64,000 nt of DNA from Bacillota bacterium (lineage in GTDB: Bacteria > Bacillota > DTU025), in NCBI GenBank assembly GCA_050951805.1, contig JBMNJT010000002.1, positions 864,001 through 928,000 on the forward strand. The letters are read 5' to 3'. The notes beneath the pieces were generated by a model. That model was not told the origin of the DNA. It made no database searches and saw only the letters and a program-made list of their open reading frames with translations. This document shows, piece after piece, positions 52,390 to 62,218 of this stretch; within the stretch, counting starts at the first letter, position 1, and every line of letters begins with the position of its first letter. A program made the translations under genes and the position numbers.

Positions 52390-53374
52390 CAAGGAATCTG
52401 ATTCAATTGTAGTGGTCAAAGGACTCACAAAACACTTCTCTGTGGGCCGAGGATTGTTCAGAAGAGAGCAGGCTCGTCTCCATGCAGTGGATGACGTGAG
52501 TTTCGATGTCGCTCGTGGGGAAGTCTTCGGCTTGGTGGGCGAATCCGGGTGTGGCAAGACGACTACCGGAAGGATGCTGGTCAAGCTTACTGTCCCTACA
52601 TCCGGCGATATATTCGTGGATAACGAGGACATTTCGGCCATCAGTGGCCAGGGAATGCGCGAATTCAGACAGAGGGTCCAGATGATATTCCAGGACCCCT
52701 ATGAATCGCTCGACCCAAGGATGACGGTATTCGACATAATATCCGAACCGCTCAATGTGAACCACATCGGAAACTTGGAGGAAAGGGAGGAGAGGGTTGC
52801 CTACATGTTGTCTCGTGTGGGCATTACGCCCCCTGAAATGTTTTTCTTCAGGTTCCCGCATGAACTCTCGGGTGGTCAGCGTCAGCGAGTCGCGATCGCT
52901 CGTGCTCTCGTGGTCAATCCCGAATTCATCGTAGCTGATGAGCCCACATCCATGCTGGATGTATCGATCCGTACGGGAGTCATGAAGCTCCTCGCTGAAC
53001 TGCAAGAGGATTTCGGTATGAGTTATCTATACATCACTCATGATCTCGCTGTTGCCAGATATTTGTGCGATAGGATTGCAGTGATGTATTTGGGAAAGAT
53101 TGTGGAGATGGCCGGAGCTGAGGATATCATCAAGAACCCGCTTCACCCATATTCGAAGGCGCTGATTTCAGCTGTGCCCCTGCCTGATCCGACGATACGG
53201 CGCGATGTCCCGAACATCAAAGGCGGAGTGAGTAAGCCCATAAACCCTCCTCCGAGGTGTAGGTTCTATCCGCGTTGTCCTGTAGCGAAGAACATCTGCC
53301 GGGACAGTGACCATCCTGAGCTCTGTGAGGCGTCTCCTGGACATTTTGTGGCCTGCCATTTGGTGGCGAGGTGA
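52370..53374 (+). CDS. Opp/Dpp ABC ATP-binding protein F
   Basis: GESGCGKTT, FQDPYESL, LSGGQRQR, ADEPT. Confidence 0.94.
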   Translation: MALPKPNKESDSIVVVKGLTKHFSVGRGLFRREQARLHAVDDVSFDVARGEVFGLVGESGCGKTTTGRMLVKLTVPTSGDIFVDNEDISAISGQGMREFRQRVQMIFQDPYESLDPRMTVFDIISEPLNVNHIGNLEEREERVAYMLSRVGITPPEMFFFRFPHELSGGQRQRVAIARALVVNPEFIVADEPTSMLDVSIRTGVMKLLAELQEDFGMSYLYITHDLAVARYLCDRIAVMYLGKIVEMAGAEDIIKNPLHPYSKALISAVPLPDPTIRRDVPNIKGGVSKPINPPPRCRFYPRCPVAKNICRDSDHPELCEASPGHFVACHLVAR

Positions 53375-53381
53375 CTGCGGT

Positions 53382-53906
53382 ATGGGTTTGCCGCATTGTC
53401 TAAGGCGGGCTGAGGCCATATCCGGGACGATGGCAGTAGTGGCCATGGTTGCTTCGGCAGCACTTATTTGGGCGATCTACCCTCTCTACAGTGATTATGT
53501 GAGATGGACAGAAGCAGCAGCGGCGGAGGTTATTGCAGCCTCAGTTACGCTTTGTGGGGACACAGGAACCATATACATAGATGCGGGGTTTAAATCACCG
53601 AGCGCACTGTTTGCGGCCGAGATCGAGGCCTTGGAGTTCAATGTGGACTGCCAAGGCAGGCACTGCGGATTCTACAGGATTCGGGTGCCTGATGATTCAG
53701 GTATTCTTCTGCGCGACGTCGACAACGAGGTATTACTGCAATTGGCTGCGCCTGTTGCGCCGGAGAATTGCGGACAATTGAGTCGGAACGGAGCTGCGGT
53801 TTTAAGCGGAAATCTCATTGTTCGCATCTTCTTGCCGCACGCCGAATACGTGGCCCGGTTCTCCCTTGAGGGCGAATTGGGGAACGTGGGGAGCGATGTT
53901 CAATGA
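53382..53906 (+). CDS. Hypothetical membrane-anchored protein
   Basis: One N-terminal TM followed by a beta-rich domain; tightly linked to the ABC operon. Confidence 0.55.
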   Translation: MGLPHCLRRAEAISGTMAVVAMVASAALIWAIYPLYSDYVRWTEAAAAEVIAASVTLCGDTGTIYIDAGFKSPSALFAAEIEALEFNVDCQGRHCGFYRIRVPDDSGILLRDVDNEVLLQLAAPVAPENCGQLSRNGAAVLSGNLIVRIFLPHAEYVARFSLEGELGNVGSDVQ

Positions 53907-54322
53907 AGATGTCGGGAGGGCTCAATCCGTTTCTTATCGGAGCTATAGGGCTCGCGATATGCATCTCCTCCACCGTGGGTTTGATATCCATAATACTCCG
54001 CGAGTATCTGCCGGTGCCGCTCTGGGTTGCTCTGGTGCCGGCTGCGGTTGCGTTTGCGTCCCTGGGGGTTGCATCGCCCGAGGTGCCATGCATGGTTGTG
54101 CTGACAGGCACGGAACTGGCGATAGCGCCTTTGGCTGCTTCACTGGTAGTGGGCTTTCCTGCGTCACGATACCAGTCAGCCTTAGTGGTTGAGTCTGCTT
54201 TCCGCTTGGCAATCGCAGCAGATCTTTCCATCATGATTCCCTTAGCCTTTTTGTCGATGACAGCAGGTTCGGCGATTCGCGGGTTATGGATAGGCGTTGG
54301 TCCTCCCCCGTGGAGTGGCTGA
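53903..54322 (+). CDS. Hypothetical membrane protein
   Basis: About 4 hydrophobic segments; ATGA overlap with the upstream gene. Confidence 0.55.
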   Translation: MKMSGGLNPFLIGAIGLAICISSTVGLISIILREYLPVPLWVALVPAAVAFASLGVASPEVPCMVVLTGTELAIAPLAASLVVGFPASRYQSALVVESAFRLAIAADLSIMIPLAFLSMTAGSAIRGLWIGVGPPPWSG

Positions 54323-54435
54323 TGTCATTGGGCACATGGCAGTCCTTGAAAAGCGGGATGGATTTTGCATGAGCCGGAAAAGGAAGGCAAGCCAATTGTG
54401 GTGGGGGATCGCTGGGAGCGTAAAGTAAAATAGAA

Positions 54436-54463
54436 GAAGGAATTTGTATACTTGGTGTCGAAT
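54436..54463 (+). promoter_or_regulatory. Sigma-H-type promoter
   Basis: GAAGGAATTT-GTATACTTGGT-GTCGAAT. Confidence 0.7.
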
Positions 54464-54646
54464 GCAACTTGTGGATATCATCTTAACTGCCGAAAGAATT
54501 GACGACAGTGCGTTTTGGCAATCGTTGTTGGGTTCAAGAGAGGAGGGATTGGCGGGCAATTCGATTCCCTTTACGATCCCGTCGTAGTGTAGAGAGAATT
54601 GGAGACCGAGTAAGACGACCAATCATTTTTAGGAGGTACATGCTCA

Positions 54647-56359
54647 ATGCCGAAAAAGGTACGCTTGCCGATTGTATTGATGTTGGCATTTGCGCTTGCC
54701 GTTGGCCTAGCCGGCGCGCCTGGCGCCGCCAAGGTGGCTTACGAGCCATGGGGCCCCCACGTTGACGAGATTATCATGCCCATTATCAAGGAATCCGAGG
54801 CCCGGAGGATCGCGTTTGAGCGCGGCGAAAGTGTTGTGTGGGCTGGCCTTACCAAGCCTGAGGATATCGATAGGGCGAAGGTCATCACCAATGCTGACAT
54901 GACTATGACTCTTGGTTTTCACATGTTCTACCTTTGCTTCAACATGAGGGAATACCCACTGGCCGACCAAGCTCTCCGTCAGGCTATTGCACACTGCACT
55001 GATCGTGACAACATAATCCGCACGCTCTTCAAGGGCTATATGCTTCCTATGACGAGTTTCATTCCACAGGTGTCGCCTTTCTATAAGGCTGACGTGCCTG
55101 TCTATCCATTCAGTCATGCAAAGGCTGCGGAGGTTCTCGACAAGGCCGGCTACAAGCTCGATCCGGCCACTAAGAAGAGAATCGATCCCAAGACGGGGAA
55201 ACCCATGCGTGAATTGAAGATCTTCACGCCTACGTACGAGGTTGCTCCGACCTCTGCGGAACTTGGCAAAATGATTGCCGATTCATGCCAGAAGGTTGGC
55301 CTTCCCGTCGTGCCCGAGCCGATGGACTTCCCAGTCATGCTCGATAAACTTGACATAATGGAATTCGACATGTACTGCCTGGCCTGGAACCTTAGCAGGA
55401 ACCCAACAAGCCTATACAGCTTCTTCCATTCGTCGCAGGACGTCGAGGCCGGCTACAACAGGCCTGGTATTCGCGATCCCGAGCTAGATAAGCTTCTTGA
55501 GGATCTAAACTATGCCCCAGATCTCAAGACGGCTAAGACTGCATCAGACAAGGCTCAGCTTATTCTCGCCAGGGAGATGCCGTACGTGCCGCTGTATTCG
55601 AGGCCTTTCATTGACGCTTTTAGGAAGGACCTCGTTACCGGATACGTTCCGATGAAGGGCTATGGCGCCGCGAGCTACAACAATATGTGGACAACACTGA
55701 ATATCCGCCGTGTTGACCGGTCCGGCAGGCCGATCGAGGGCGGCACTATCAGGTGGACGTTGGATGAGGAGCCGAAGAACCTCAACCCCTGCGTCGCCAG
55801 CAGCGCCTACGAATGGGAGGTTCTTTCCAGGATCTATGACGGTCTCCAGGCGATGGATCCGGATACCCTGGATGACATGCCGTGGATGGCTCGCAAGTGG
55901 GATGTTGGAGTCTGGGAGCCTGAGCCTGGTAAGAAGGGCACAGTTGTAACTTGGTACATCAATAAGGGCATAAAGTGGTCCGACGGCCAACCGTTCACCG
56001 CTGAGGATGTCAAGTTCACTATGGATTACCTCAAGGCAAACCAGGTGCCGAGGTACAAGCCCACTACTGATGATGTTGTGAAGGTCGAGCTGATCGACAG
56101 ATACACTGTTAAGATCTACTACCAAAACGTAAGTTACTGGCACCTATATCGTGTCGCCGAATTCCTGCCGAAGCACATATGGCAGGATGTAAAGGACTGG
56201 AAGACATTCGAACCTTGGAAGGAACCTCACCCAAAGATCAAGGGTTACTCTAAGCTGGTTGGACATGGTCCATACATCCTCAAGGAGTATAGGCCTGGCG
56301 AATACGTGAGGCTCGTAAAGAACCCGAACTACTGGCGTCTCAACCCTCCGAGCAAGTAG
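54647..56359 (+). CDS. Family-5 ABC solute-binding protein, circularly permuted (paralog 1)
   Basis: Begins GPHVDEIIMPII and ends GGTIRW..EPKNLNP...WSDG.PFTAEDV...VG.GPY...KNPNYW. Confidence 0.88.
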   Translation: MPKKVRLPIVLMLAFALAVGLAGAPGAAKVAYEPWGPHVDEIIMPIIKESEARRIAFERGESVVWAGLTKPEDIDRAKVITNADMTMTLGFHMFYLCFNMREYPLADQALRQAIAHCTDRDNIIRTLFKGYMLPMTSFIPQVSPFYKADVPVYPFSHAKAAEVLDKAGYKLDPATKKRIDPKTGKPMRELKIFTPTYEVAPTSAELGKMIADSCQKVGLPVVPEPMDFPVMLDKLDIMEFDMYCLAWNLSRNPTSLYSFFHSSQDVEAGYNRPGIRDPELDKLLEDLNYAPDLKTAKTASDKAQLILAREMPYVPLYSRPFIDAFRKDLVTGYVPMKGYGAASYNNMWTTLNIRRVDRSGRPIEGGTIRWTLDEEPKNLNPCVASSAYEWEVLSRIYDGLQAMDPDTLDDMPWMARKWDVGVWEPEPGKKGTVVTWYINKGIKWSDGQPFTAEDVKFTMDYLKANQVPRYKPTTDDVVKVELIDRYTVKIYYQNVSYWHLYRVAEFLPKHIWQDVKDWKTFEPWKEPHPKIKGYSKLVGHGPYILKEYRPGEYVRLVKNPNYWRLNPPSK

Positions 56360-56579
56360 GACGCCGACGTTCTTGACGGATGCCGCCTGAGGCGTTTGCC
56401 TTGGGGGGCATCCGCTCCTGTACGGTACGGGACTAGCGCAAGTAAGAGGTTGCTGAAGTTAATATCAATAATGGTATGAAGGACTTTAGCAGTAAGCCTC
56501 GAATAAACAACAGTTAAGGCGGGGAACCAAATTTGTTTCAAGTGCGTTCAAGTTTTGGCCGTATCGCGCATGGAAGGTA

Positions 56580-56607
56580 GAAGGAATTCTGATATCTGGT
56601 GACGAAT
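56580..56607 (+). promoter_or_regulatory. Sigma-H-type promoter
   Basis: GAAGGAATTC-TGATATCTGGT-GACGAAT. Confidence 0.7.
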
Positions 56608-56779
56608 CAACCTTTTGGGCATGGCGATGGGCTAAAAAGAGTTATCGCCGCAAAGTTGTCTTCTCCCACCTGCAGGGATTGTTGGGCCATCGATTCGAAT
56701 CACACGACGCATATGTCGCAAAGTGACGAGAACTGATACCCATGCAATCAAATTAACATTTCAAGGAGGTACGTACTTA

Positions 56780-58486
56780 ATGCCGAAAAAAGTTCGCTTG
56801 CCGATTGCCGTAGTCTTGGCGCTCGTGCTTGCTCTCGGCATCGCCGGCGCGCCCGGCGCCGCGAAGATGGCGTTCGAGACCACTGGTCCGCACGTCGACG
56901 AGATCATTATGCCGATCATAAAGGAGCAGCAAGCCAGAAGAATCGCATATGAGCGTGGTGAAAGCGTCGTCTGGTCTGGCCTCACTCAGCCTGAGGATAT
57001 CGACAGGGCTAAGGCCATGCCTAACTCCGACATGACGATGACTCTTGGTTTCCACATGTTCTACCTTTGCTTTAACATGAGGAAGGAGCCGTTGGCTTCT
57101 CAACCGATCCGCCAGGCGATTGCACACTGTGTCGATCGCGATAACATCATTCGCACGCTCTTCAAGGGCTATATGCTTCCGATGACGAGTTTTGTGCCAC
57201 AGGTGTCGCCTTTCTATAAGGCCGATGTTCCTGTCTATCCATTCAGCTATGCTAAGGCTGCTGAGGTTTTGGATAAGGCCGGATACAAGCTGGATCCTGT
57301 GACCAAGGTGAGGATCGATCCGAAGACGGGCAAACCGCTTGCCCAGATGAAGATCTTCACGCCTACCTACGAGGTAGCCGCGACCTCCGCGGAACTCGGC
57401 AAGATGATCGCTGATTCCTGCCAGAAGGTTGGTCTGCCTGTGGTGCCAGAGCCAATGGACTTCCCAGTCATGCTCGACAAGATCGATATTCGCGATTTTG
57501 ACATGTATGTCCTGGCATGGTCGCTCAGCAGGAACCCAGACTTCCTGTATGACTTCTTCCATTCGTCACAGGACGTCGAAGCTGGCTACAATAACCCGGG
57601 AATGCGTAATCCTGAGTACGACAAACAGTCTGAGCTTCTCAGGTACGCGTCTAACTTGAAAGAGGCCAAAGCGGCGTCAGACGCCTGCCAGATGATCCTT
57701 GCCAGAGAGATGCCGTACGTGCCGCTCTACTCGAGGCCGTACATCGATGCGTTCCGCAAGGACCTGGTAACAGGATACGTGCCCATGAAGGGCTTCGGCG
57801 CAGCTAGCTACAACAACCTGTGGACCACCTTGAACATACGTAGGGTGGACCGTTCAGGCAGGCCCATTGAAGGCGGAACCATCAGGTGGGCGCTTTCAGA
57901 GGAGCCGAAGAACCTCAACCCGTGTGTCGCGTCAAGCGCCTACGAGCAGGAAGTGCTCTCAAGGTTGAATGACAGCCTGATGGCAATGCATCCTGACACT
58001 CTCGATGATATGCCATGGATGGCCCGCAAGTGGGACGTTGGCGTATGGGAGCCGCAGCCCGGCAAGAAGGGCACCACGGTGACCTGGTATATCGAGAAGG
58101 GGATCAAGTGGTCTGACGGAATGCCGTTCACCGCTGAGGATGTAGAATTCACCATCAACTACCTCAAAGCGAATAAGGTTCCGAGGTATCTCCCTGCGAC
58201 GCAGGACATCGTCAAGGTTGAGCTGCTCGACAAATACACGGTCAAGGTCTACTTCGCCAACGTCAGCTACTGGCACATCTACAGTGCAGACCTGTCCTTC
58301 CTGCCTAAGCACATCTGGAAGGATGTAAAGGACTGGAAGGGCTTCGAGCCTTGGAAGGAGCCGCACCCGAAGATTAAGGGTTACTCCAAACTTGTTGGAA
58401 CGGGACCCTTCATTCTTAAGGAATACGTGCCCGGCGAATATGTAAGGCTCGTTAAGAACCCGAACTACTGGCGTCTGAAGAAGTAG
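56780..58486 (+). CDS. Family-5 ABC solute-binding protein, circularly permuted (paralog 2)
   Basis: Colinear and highly similar to 54647-56359. SD AAGGAGGT before ATG 56780. Confidence 0.88.
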   Translation: MPKKVRLPIAVVLALVLALGIAGAPGAAKMAFETTGPHVDEIIMPIIKEQQARRIAYERGESVVWSGLTQPEDIDRAKAMPNSDMTMTLGFHMFYLCFNMRKEPLASQPIRQAIAHCVDRDNIIRTLFKGYMLPMTSFVPQVSPFYKADVPVYPFSYAKAAEVLDKAGYKLDPVTKVRIDPKTGKPLAQMKIFTPTYEVAATSAELGKMIADSCQKVGLPVVPEPMDFPVMLDKIDIRDFDMYVLAWSLSRNPDFLYDFFHSSQDVEAGYNNPGMRNPEYDKQSELLRYASNLKEAKAASDACQMILAREMPYVPLYSRPYIDAFRKDLVTGYVPMKGFGAASYNNLWTTLNIRRVDRSGRPIEGGTIRWALSEEPKNLNPCVASSAYEQEVLSRLNDSLMAMHPDTLDDMPWMARKWDVGVWEPQPGKKGTTVTWYIEKGIKWSDGMPFTAEDVEFTINYLKANKVPRYLPATQDIVKVELLDKYTVKVYFANVSYWHIYSADLSFLPKHIWKDVKDWKGFEPWKEPHPKIKGYSKLVGTGPFILKEYVPGEYVRLVKNPNYWRLKK

Positions 58487-58508
58487 GGCCTAAATGATCT
58501 GGCTTTTT

Positions 58509-58539
58509 GCCGCCCCGGGCCATTGGGGCCTGGGGCGGC
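58509..58539 (+). terminator. GC-rich hairpin after the SBP gene
   Basis: GCCGCCCCGGGCC...GGCCTGGGGCGGC. Confidence 0.55.
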
Positions 58540-58575
58540 ATAGCCGGTGATAAGGCAGAATGAGGTGAGACGGAT

Positions 58576-59559
58576 TTGGGTTTTCGTTCGTATGTCATCA
58601 AGCGATTGGTCTATGCCTTAATAGTCCTATACGTCATACTCACCCTCAACTTCGTCCTCTTCCGTGTGATGCCGGGTGACCCGACTAAGATGATCATTGA
58701 TCCCAATTTCACACCGGAAGCGAAGGCTGAATTGAGGAGTCAGTACGGCCTAGATGATCCCCCATTAAAGCAGTACGTTACCTATATGGGGAATCTGCTC
58801 AAATTTGATATGGGCCTTTCTTTTTCGACGAGACGGCCAGTCTGGTCGGAACTCAAGGAAAGGCTTCCCAATACGATCAAGCTGTTCCTTTGCACATTCA
58901 TCCTCACATCACTGACGGGGATGCGCTTGGGAGTGAAGGCCGCTGCAAATCCAGGCTCGTTTACGGATCGAGTCGTGATAACGGCAGGTCTCTTTACTCA
59001 TGCAGTGCCTACATTTTTCATCCAGTTGCTCATGCTTCTCCTATTCGGTTACTATTGGCCCATATTGCCCATACACGGCACTATGAGCGCGCCTCCTCCG
59101 GCTGGAGGATGGAATATCTTCCTTGACAGGCTATGGCACCTGGTACTCCCGGTAACGAGCAACATGATTGTGGGGTTTGGTTCATGGGCTCTGTATGCTA
59201 GGAACACAATGACCGAAGCGCTTGGGCAGGACTACATCATAACTGCGCGGGCCAAGGGGATTTCGGAGAAAGATGTCCTTTATCACCATGCGTTGCGCAG
59301 CGTTCTCCCGCCGATAGTCACCTTGCTTTTCATGTCCTTGCCCGGGATGGTGTCAGGGGCTGTTATCACGGAAAGCATATTCTCATGGCATGGGGTTGGA
59401 AGGTACCTTCTCGATGCTACGCTTCAGATGGACTATCCGGCGGCGCAAGGTGCTTTCTATCTTATAGCCTTGGCCGTTGTGATAAGCAATTTACTGGCGG
59501 ATATTGCCTACGGTCTTGTTGATCCGAGGATCCGCGTTGGGGCAGGTGGTGCAAAGTGA
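58576..59559 (+). CDS. Opp/Dpp ABC permease B
   Basis: 'MPGDP', 'YGLD', 'DYIITARAKG', 'DPRIR'. Confidence 0.93.
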   Translation: MGFRSYVIKRLVYALIVLYVILTLNFVLFRVMPGDPTKMIIDPNFTPEAKAELRSQYGLDDPPLKQYVTYMGNLLKFDMGLSFSTRRPVWSELKERLPNTIKLFLCTFILTSLTGMRLGVKAAANPGSFTDRVVITAGLFTHAVPTFFIQLLMLLLFGYYWPILPIHGTMSAPPPAGGWNIFLDRLWHLVLPVTSNMIVGFGSWALYARNTMTEALGQDYIITARAKGISEKDVLYHHALRSVLPPIVTLLFMSLPGMVSGAVITESIFSWHGVGRYLLDATLQMDYPAAQGAFYLIALAVVISNLLADIAYGLVDPRIRVGAGGAK

Positions 59560-61223
59560 GTCAGCAGACTGAGCCGAGGTCGAAAAGTGAAGAAAGAGCT
59601 GCTGCTGTTAAGGCCGCCACCGTTGCTGTTCCAAAGCCGCTTACCTTTTGGGAACAGTACAGACGCAAGCCCCAGGGTATGGTGGGTCTGGGCATAGTTA
59701 TCGTATACGTTCTGATCGCGCTTTTCGCACCGTATATCGCGCCTTACGATCCGATGGAAGATTTGTATCTTGCTGATAGGCTGGCTGCACCCGCTTGGAT
59801 GGCCAAGACGAGCGCAAAATTCAAGGACGCTCCGCCGACCATACGCATGAACCTCGGCCCGGATGATTGGGTCCGCGAAGAGGTGGATGACATATCCATT
59901 TCCCCATACGAGTTTCCATACTTTGACGAGGTTGGAATGGAGATAGTCCTGCCGCAGACTCATGTGGTGGAGGTAGAAGAGACCGTCGAGGAAGATACGT
60001 GGGAAGAAGAGGAGGGCTTTTGGGCCTCGGCTGCTACCGATTGGGATCCTTGGGGACTTTTGGAAAGCAACGAGGAGACTGAGCCTTCGCCAGAGCCCGA
60101 GGATGAATATGGTTTCGACTTCGAACCCGAGATTGACTCAGGGATCGATGCATCCGCTAAAAAGCTGCTCTTGACGTATGAAGTTGATTATGACTATACT
60201 CCTCCGCAGACATTTTCGTTCAGTTTCGATTACTCAGTTGATGCGCCTAGCAGTGCCGAAACTGTGATCATGCTGGAACTGATGACCCCGGACGGAGAGG
60301 TCTTCGATGTTTGGGATGCAAGGGTCTACGGAAGTGTGGAGTCAGGAACGGCCCTCGTTGATGCGAGAGACTATGATTTAAAGATGCGACTGGGGCAGGG
60401 CTTCTTCGACGAGCCAACTGATATCCTCTTCTCTGAGAGGGGCACTTACACCTTGAGGCTCAGCTCGTGGACGGACTCGAAGGAGGGTCCTGTCACACTC
60501 ATGGTTACCCCGGTGAAATTTGAGATTCTCGGCTTGGTTCATGGAATTCTCGGGGTTGACCATATGGGTTCAGACCTCTGGTCGCAGCTGATCTATGGAA
60601 CGCGAATTGCGCTTGCAATTGGTCTGTCATCCGCGTTTATCGCGATTGTGATAGGAACTAGTGTGGGCCTTTGCGCGGGGTATTTTGGGGGCGCGGTGGA
60701 TGAAGTCCTCATGCGAATCGCGGACGTGCTCATGTCCATCCCCGACTTGCCGGTTCTGATTATTCTCGGCGCTCTATTTGGCAAGAGTGTCCTTAACATA
60801 GTCATCTTGCTTGCTATCTTCTCATGGATGGGAATTGCAAGGCTGGTGAGATCGCAGACACTGTCGCTGAAGGAACGGATGTTTGTAGAGGCGGCTAAGG
60901 CATCAGGGGCATCCGGTGGTTACATCATGCGCGAGCACATACTGCCGAACGTGATGCCGCTGATCTTTGCCAATCTGGTCCTCAGGATACCTGGAGCAAT
61001 TCTCACGGAGGCTTCATTGAGCTTCCTTGGCCTGGGAGACCCGCGCGTTCCTACATGGGGAAGAATGCTGCAGAATGCCAAGCAGTTTGGTGCCTTTACG
61101 CGTCTGGCTTGGTGGTGGCTGCTCCCGCCCGGTATAGCGCTTACGCTTCTAAGCTTGGCGTTTGTGTTTATCGGGAACTCGGTTAACGAGATCTACAATC
61201 CACGGTATAGGGAGAGATCGTAA
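59556..61223 (+). CDS. Opp/Dpp ABC permease C with large acidic extracytoplasmic insertion
   Basis: 'APYIAPYDP', then a long insert, then 'LG.DH.G.DLWSQL.YGTR', 'FVEAAKA.G', 'HILPN'. Confidence 0.9.
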   Translation: MSQQTEPRSKSEERAAAVKAATVAVPKPLTFWEQYRRKPQGMVGLGIVIVYVLIALFAPYIAPYDPMEDLYLADRLAAPAWMAKTSAKFKDAPPTIRMNLGPDDWVREEVDDISISPYEFPYFDEVGMEIVLPQTHVVEVEETVEEDTWEEEEGFWASAATDWDPWGLLESNEETEPSPEPEDEYGFDFEPEIDSGIDASAKKLLLTYEVDYDYTPPQTFSFSFDYSVDAPSSAETVIMLELMTPDGEVFDVWDARVYGSVESGTALVDARDYDLKMRLGQGFFDEPTDILFSERGTYTLRLSSWTDSKEGPVTLMVTPVKFEILGLVHGILGVDHMGSDLWSQLIYGTRIALAIGLSSAFIAIVIGTSVGLCAGYFGGAVDEVLMRIADVLMSIPDLPVLIILGALFGKSVLNIVILLAIFSWMGIARLVRSQTLSLKERMFVEAAKASGASGGYIMREHILPNVMPLIFANLVLRIPGAILTEASLSFLGLGDPRVPTWGRMLQNAKQFGAFTRLAWWWLLPPGIALTLLSLAFVFIGNSVNEIYNPRYRERS

Positions 61224-61225
61224 CA

Positions 61226-62218
61226 ATGGCCCTGGTTGAAGTGAGAGACCTGAAAATGTACTACCGGACCCTCAGGGGCCATGTTAAGGCGGTCGATTCC
61301 GTAAGCTTTGACATTGAGCGTGGAAAGGCAGTGGGAATCGCTGGGGAATCCGGGTGTGGTAAATCGAGCATGGCGATCTCAATCCTCCGCCTGTTGCCAA
61401 GGAACGGTGAGTATCATGGCGGCAGTGTGGTTATGAACGGGCAGGATATACTGAAGATGCCTGAGGAGCAGTTTCGCAAAGATGTTCGATGGAAGCAGAT
61501 ATCAATGATATTTCAGGGCGCAATGAATGCCCTGAACCCAGTCCACAGGGTCGGCGATCAGATCGTCGAGGCTATCCTCGAACATGAGGATGTATCTCAT
61601 GAAGAGGCTGTGAGCCGGACAAAAGACCTGTTCGACCTTGTTGGCATTAACCCGAACAGATTTGGGGAGTATCCACACGAGTTCAGTGGGGGCATGAAGC
61701 AGCGGGCGGTCATCGCCATGGCCCTTGCATGTCACCCTGACCTCATTATCGCGGATGAGCCCACAACGGCGCTGGACGTGATGGTTCAGGCGCAGATCCT
61801 GAAGGCTATCGGAGAACTGAGAGAGGAACTCAACCTCTCTATGATGTTGATCACTCACGACCTGTCGGTGATTGCGCAGACCTGCGACTCTGTCGTTATC
61901 ATGTATGCCGGCAAAGTTGCGGAGTACGGCAGCGTCATGGATGTTTACGTGAATCCAACTCACCCATATGCTATGGGGCTCGTGAAATCATTCCCCAACA
62001 TCCATGCGGAGAGGTCGCCGGTGAGATCGCTTCCTGGCTTCCCTCCCAACCTGATTGCTCCGCCGACTGGATGCAGGTTCCATCCGCGGTGCCCGCTTGC
62101 GGACGAGGAGTGCATGACCGTGGAACCGCCCCTTCGTGAGGTTTCGCGTAAGAAGCACTATGTTGCCTGCCACAAAGCGGAAATCGTTGAGCAGGGGGTG
62201 GACATATGGGCGCAGTAA
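61226..62218 (+). CDS. Opp/Dpp ABC ATP-binding protein D
   Basis: GESGCGKS, YPHEFSGGMKQR, CRFHPRC. Confidence 0.94.
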   Translation: MALVEVRDLKMYYRTLRGHVKAVDSVSFDIERGKAVGIAGESGCGKSSMAISILRLLPRNGEYHGGSVVMNGQDILKMPEEQFRKDVRWKQISMIFQGAMNALNPVHRVGDQIVEAILEHEDVSHEEAVSRTKDLFDLVGINPNRFGEYPHEFSGGMKQRAVIAMALACHPDLIIADEPTTALDVMVQAQILKAIGELREELNLSMMLITHDLSVIAQTCDSVVIMYAGKVAEYGSVMDVYVNPTHPYAMGLVKSFPNIHAERSPVRSLPGFPPNLIAPPTGCRFHPRCPLADEECMTVEPPLREVSRKKHYVACHKAEIVEQGVDIWAQ

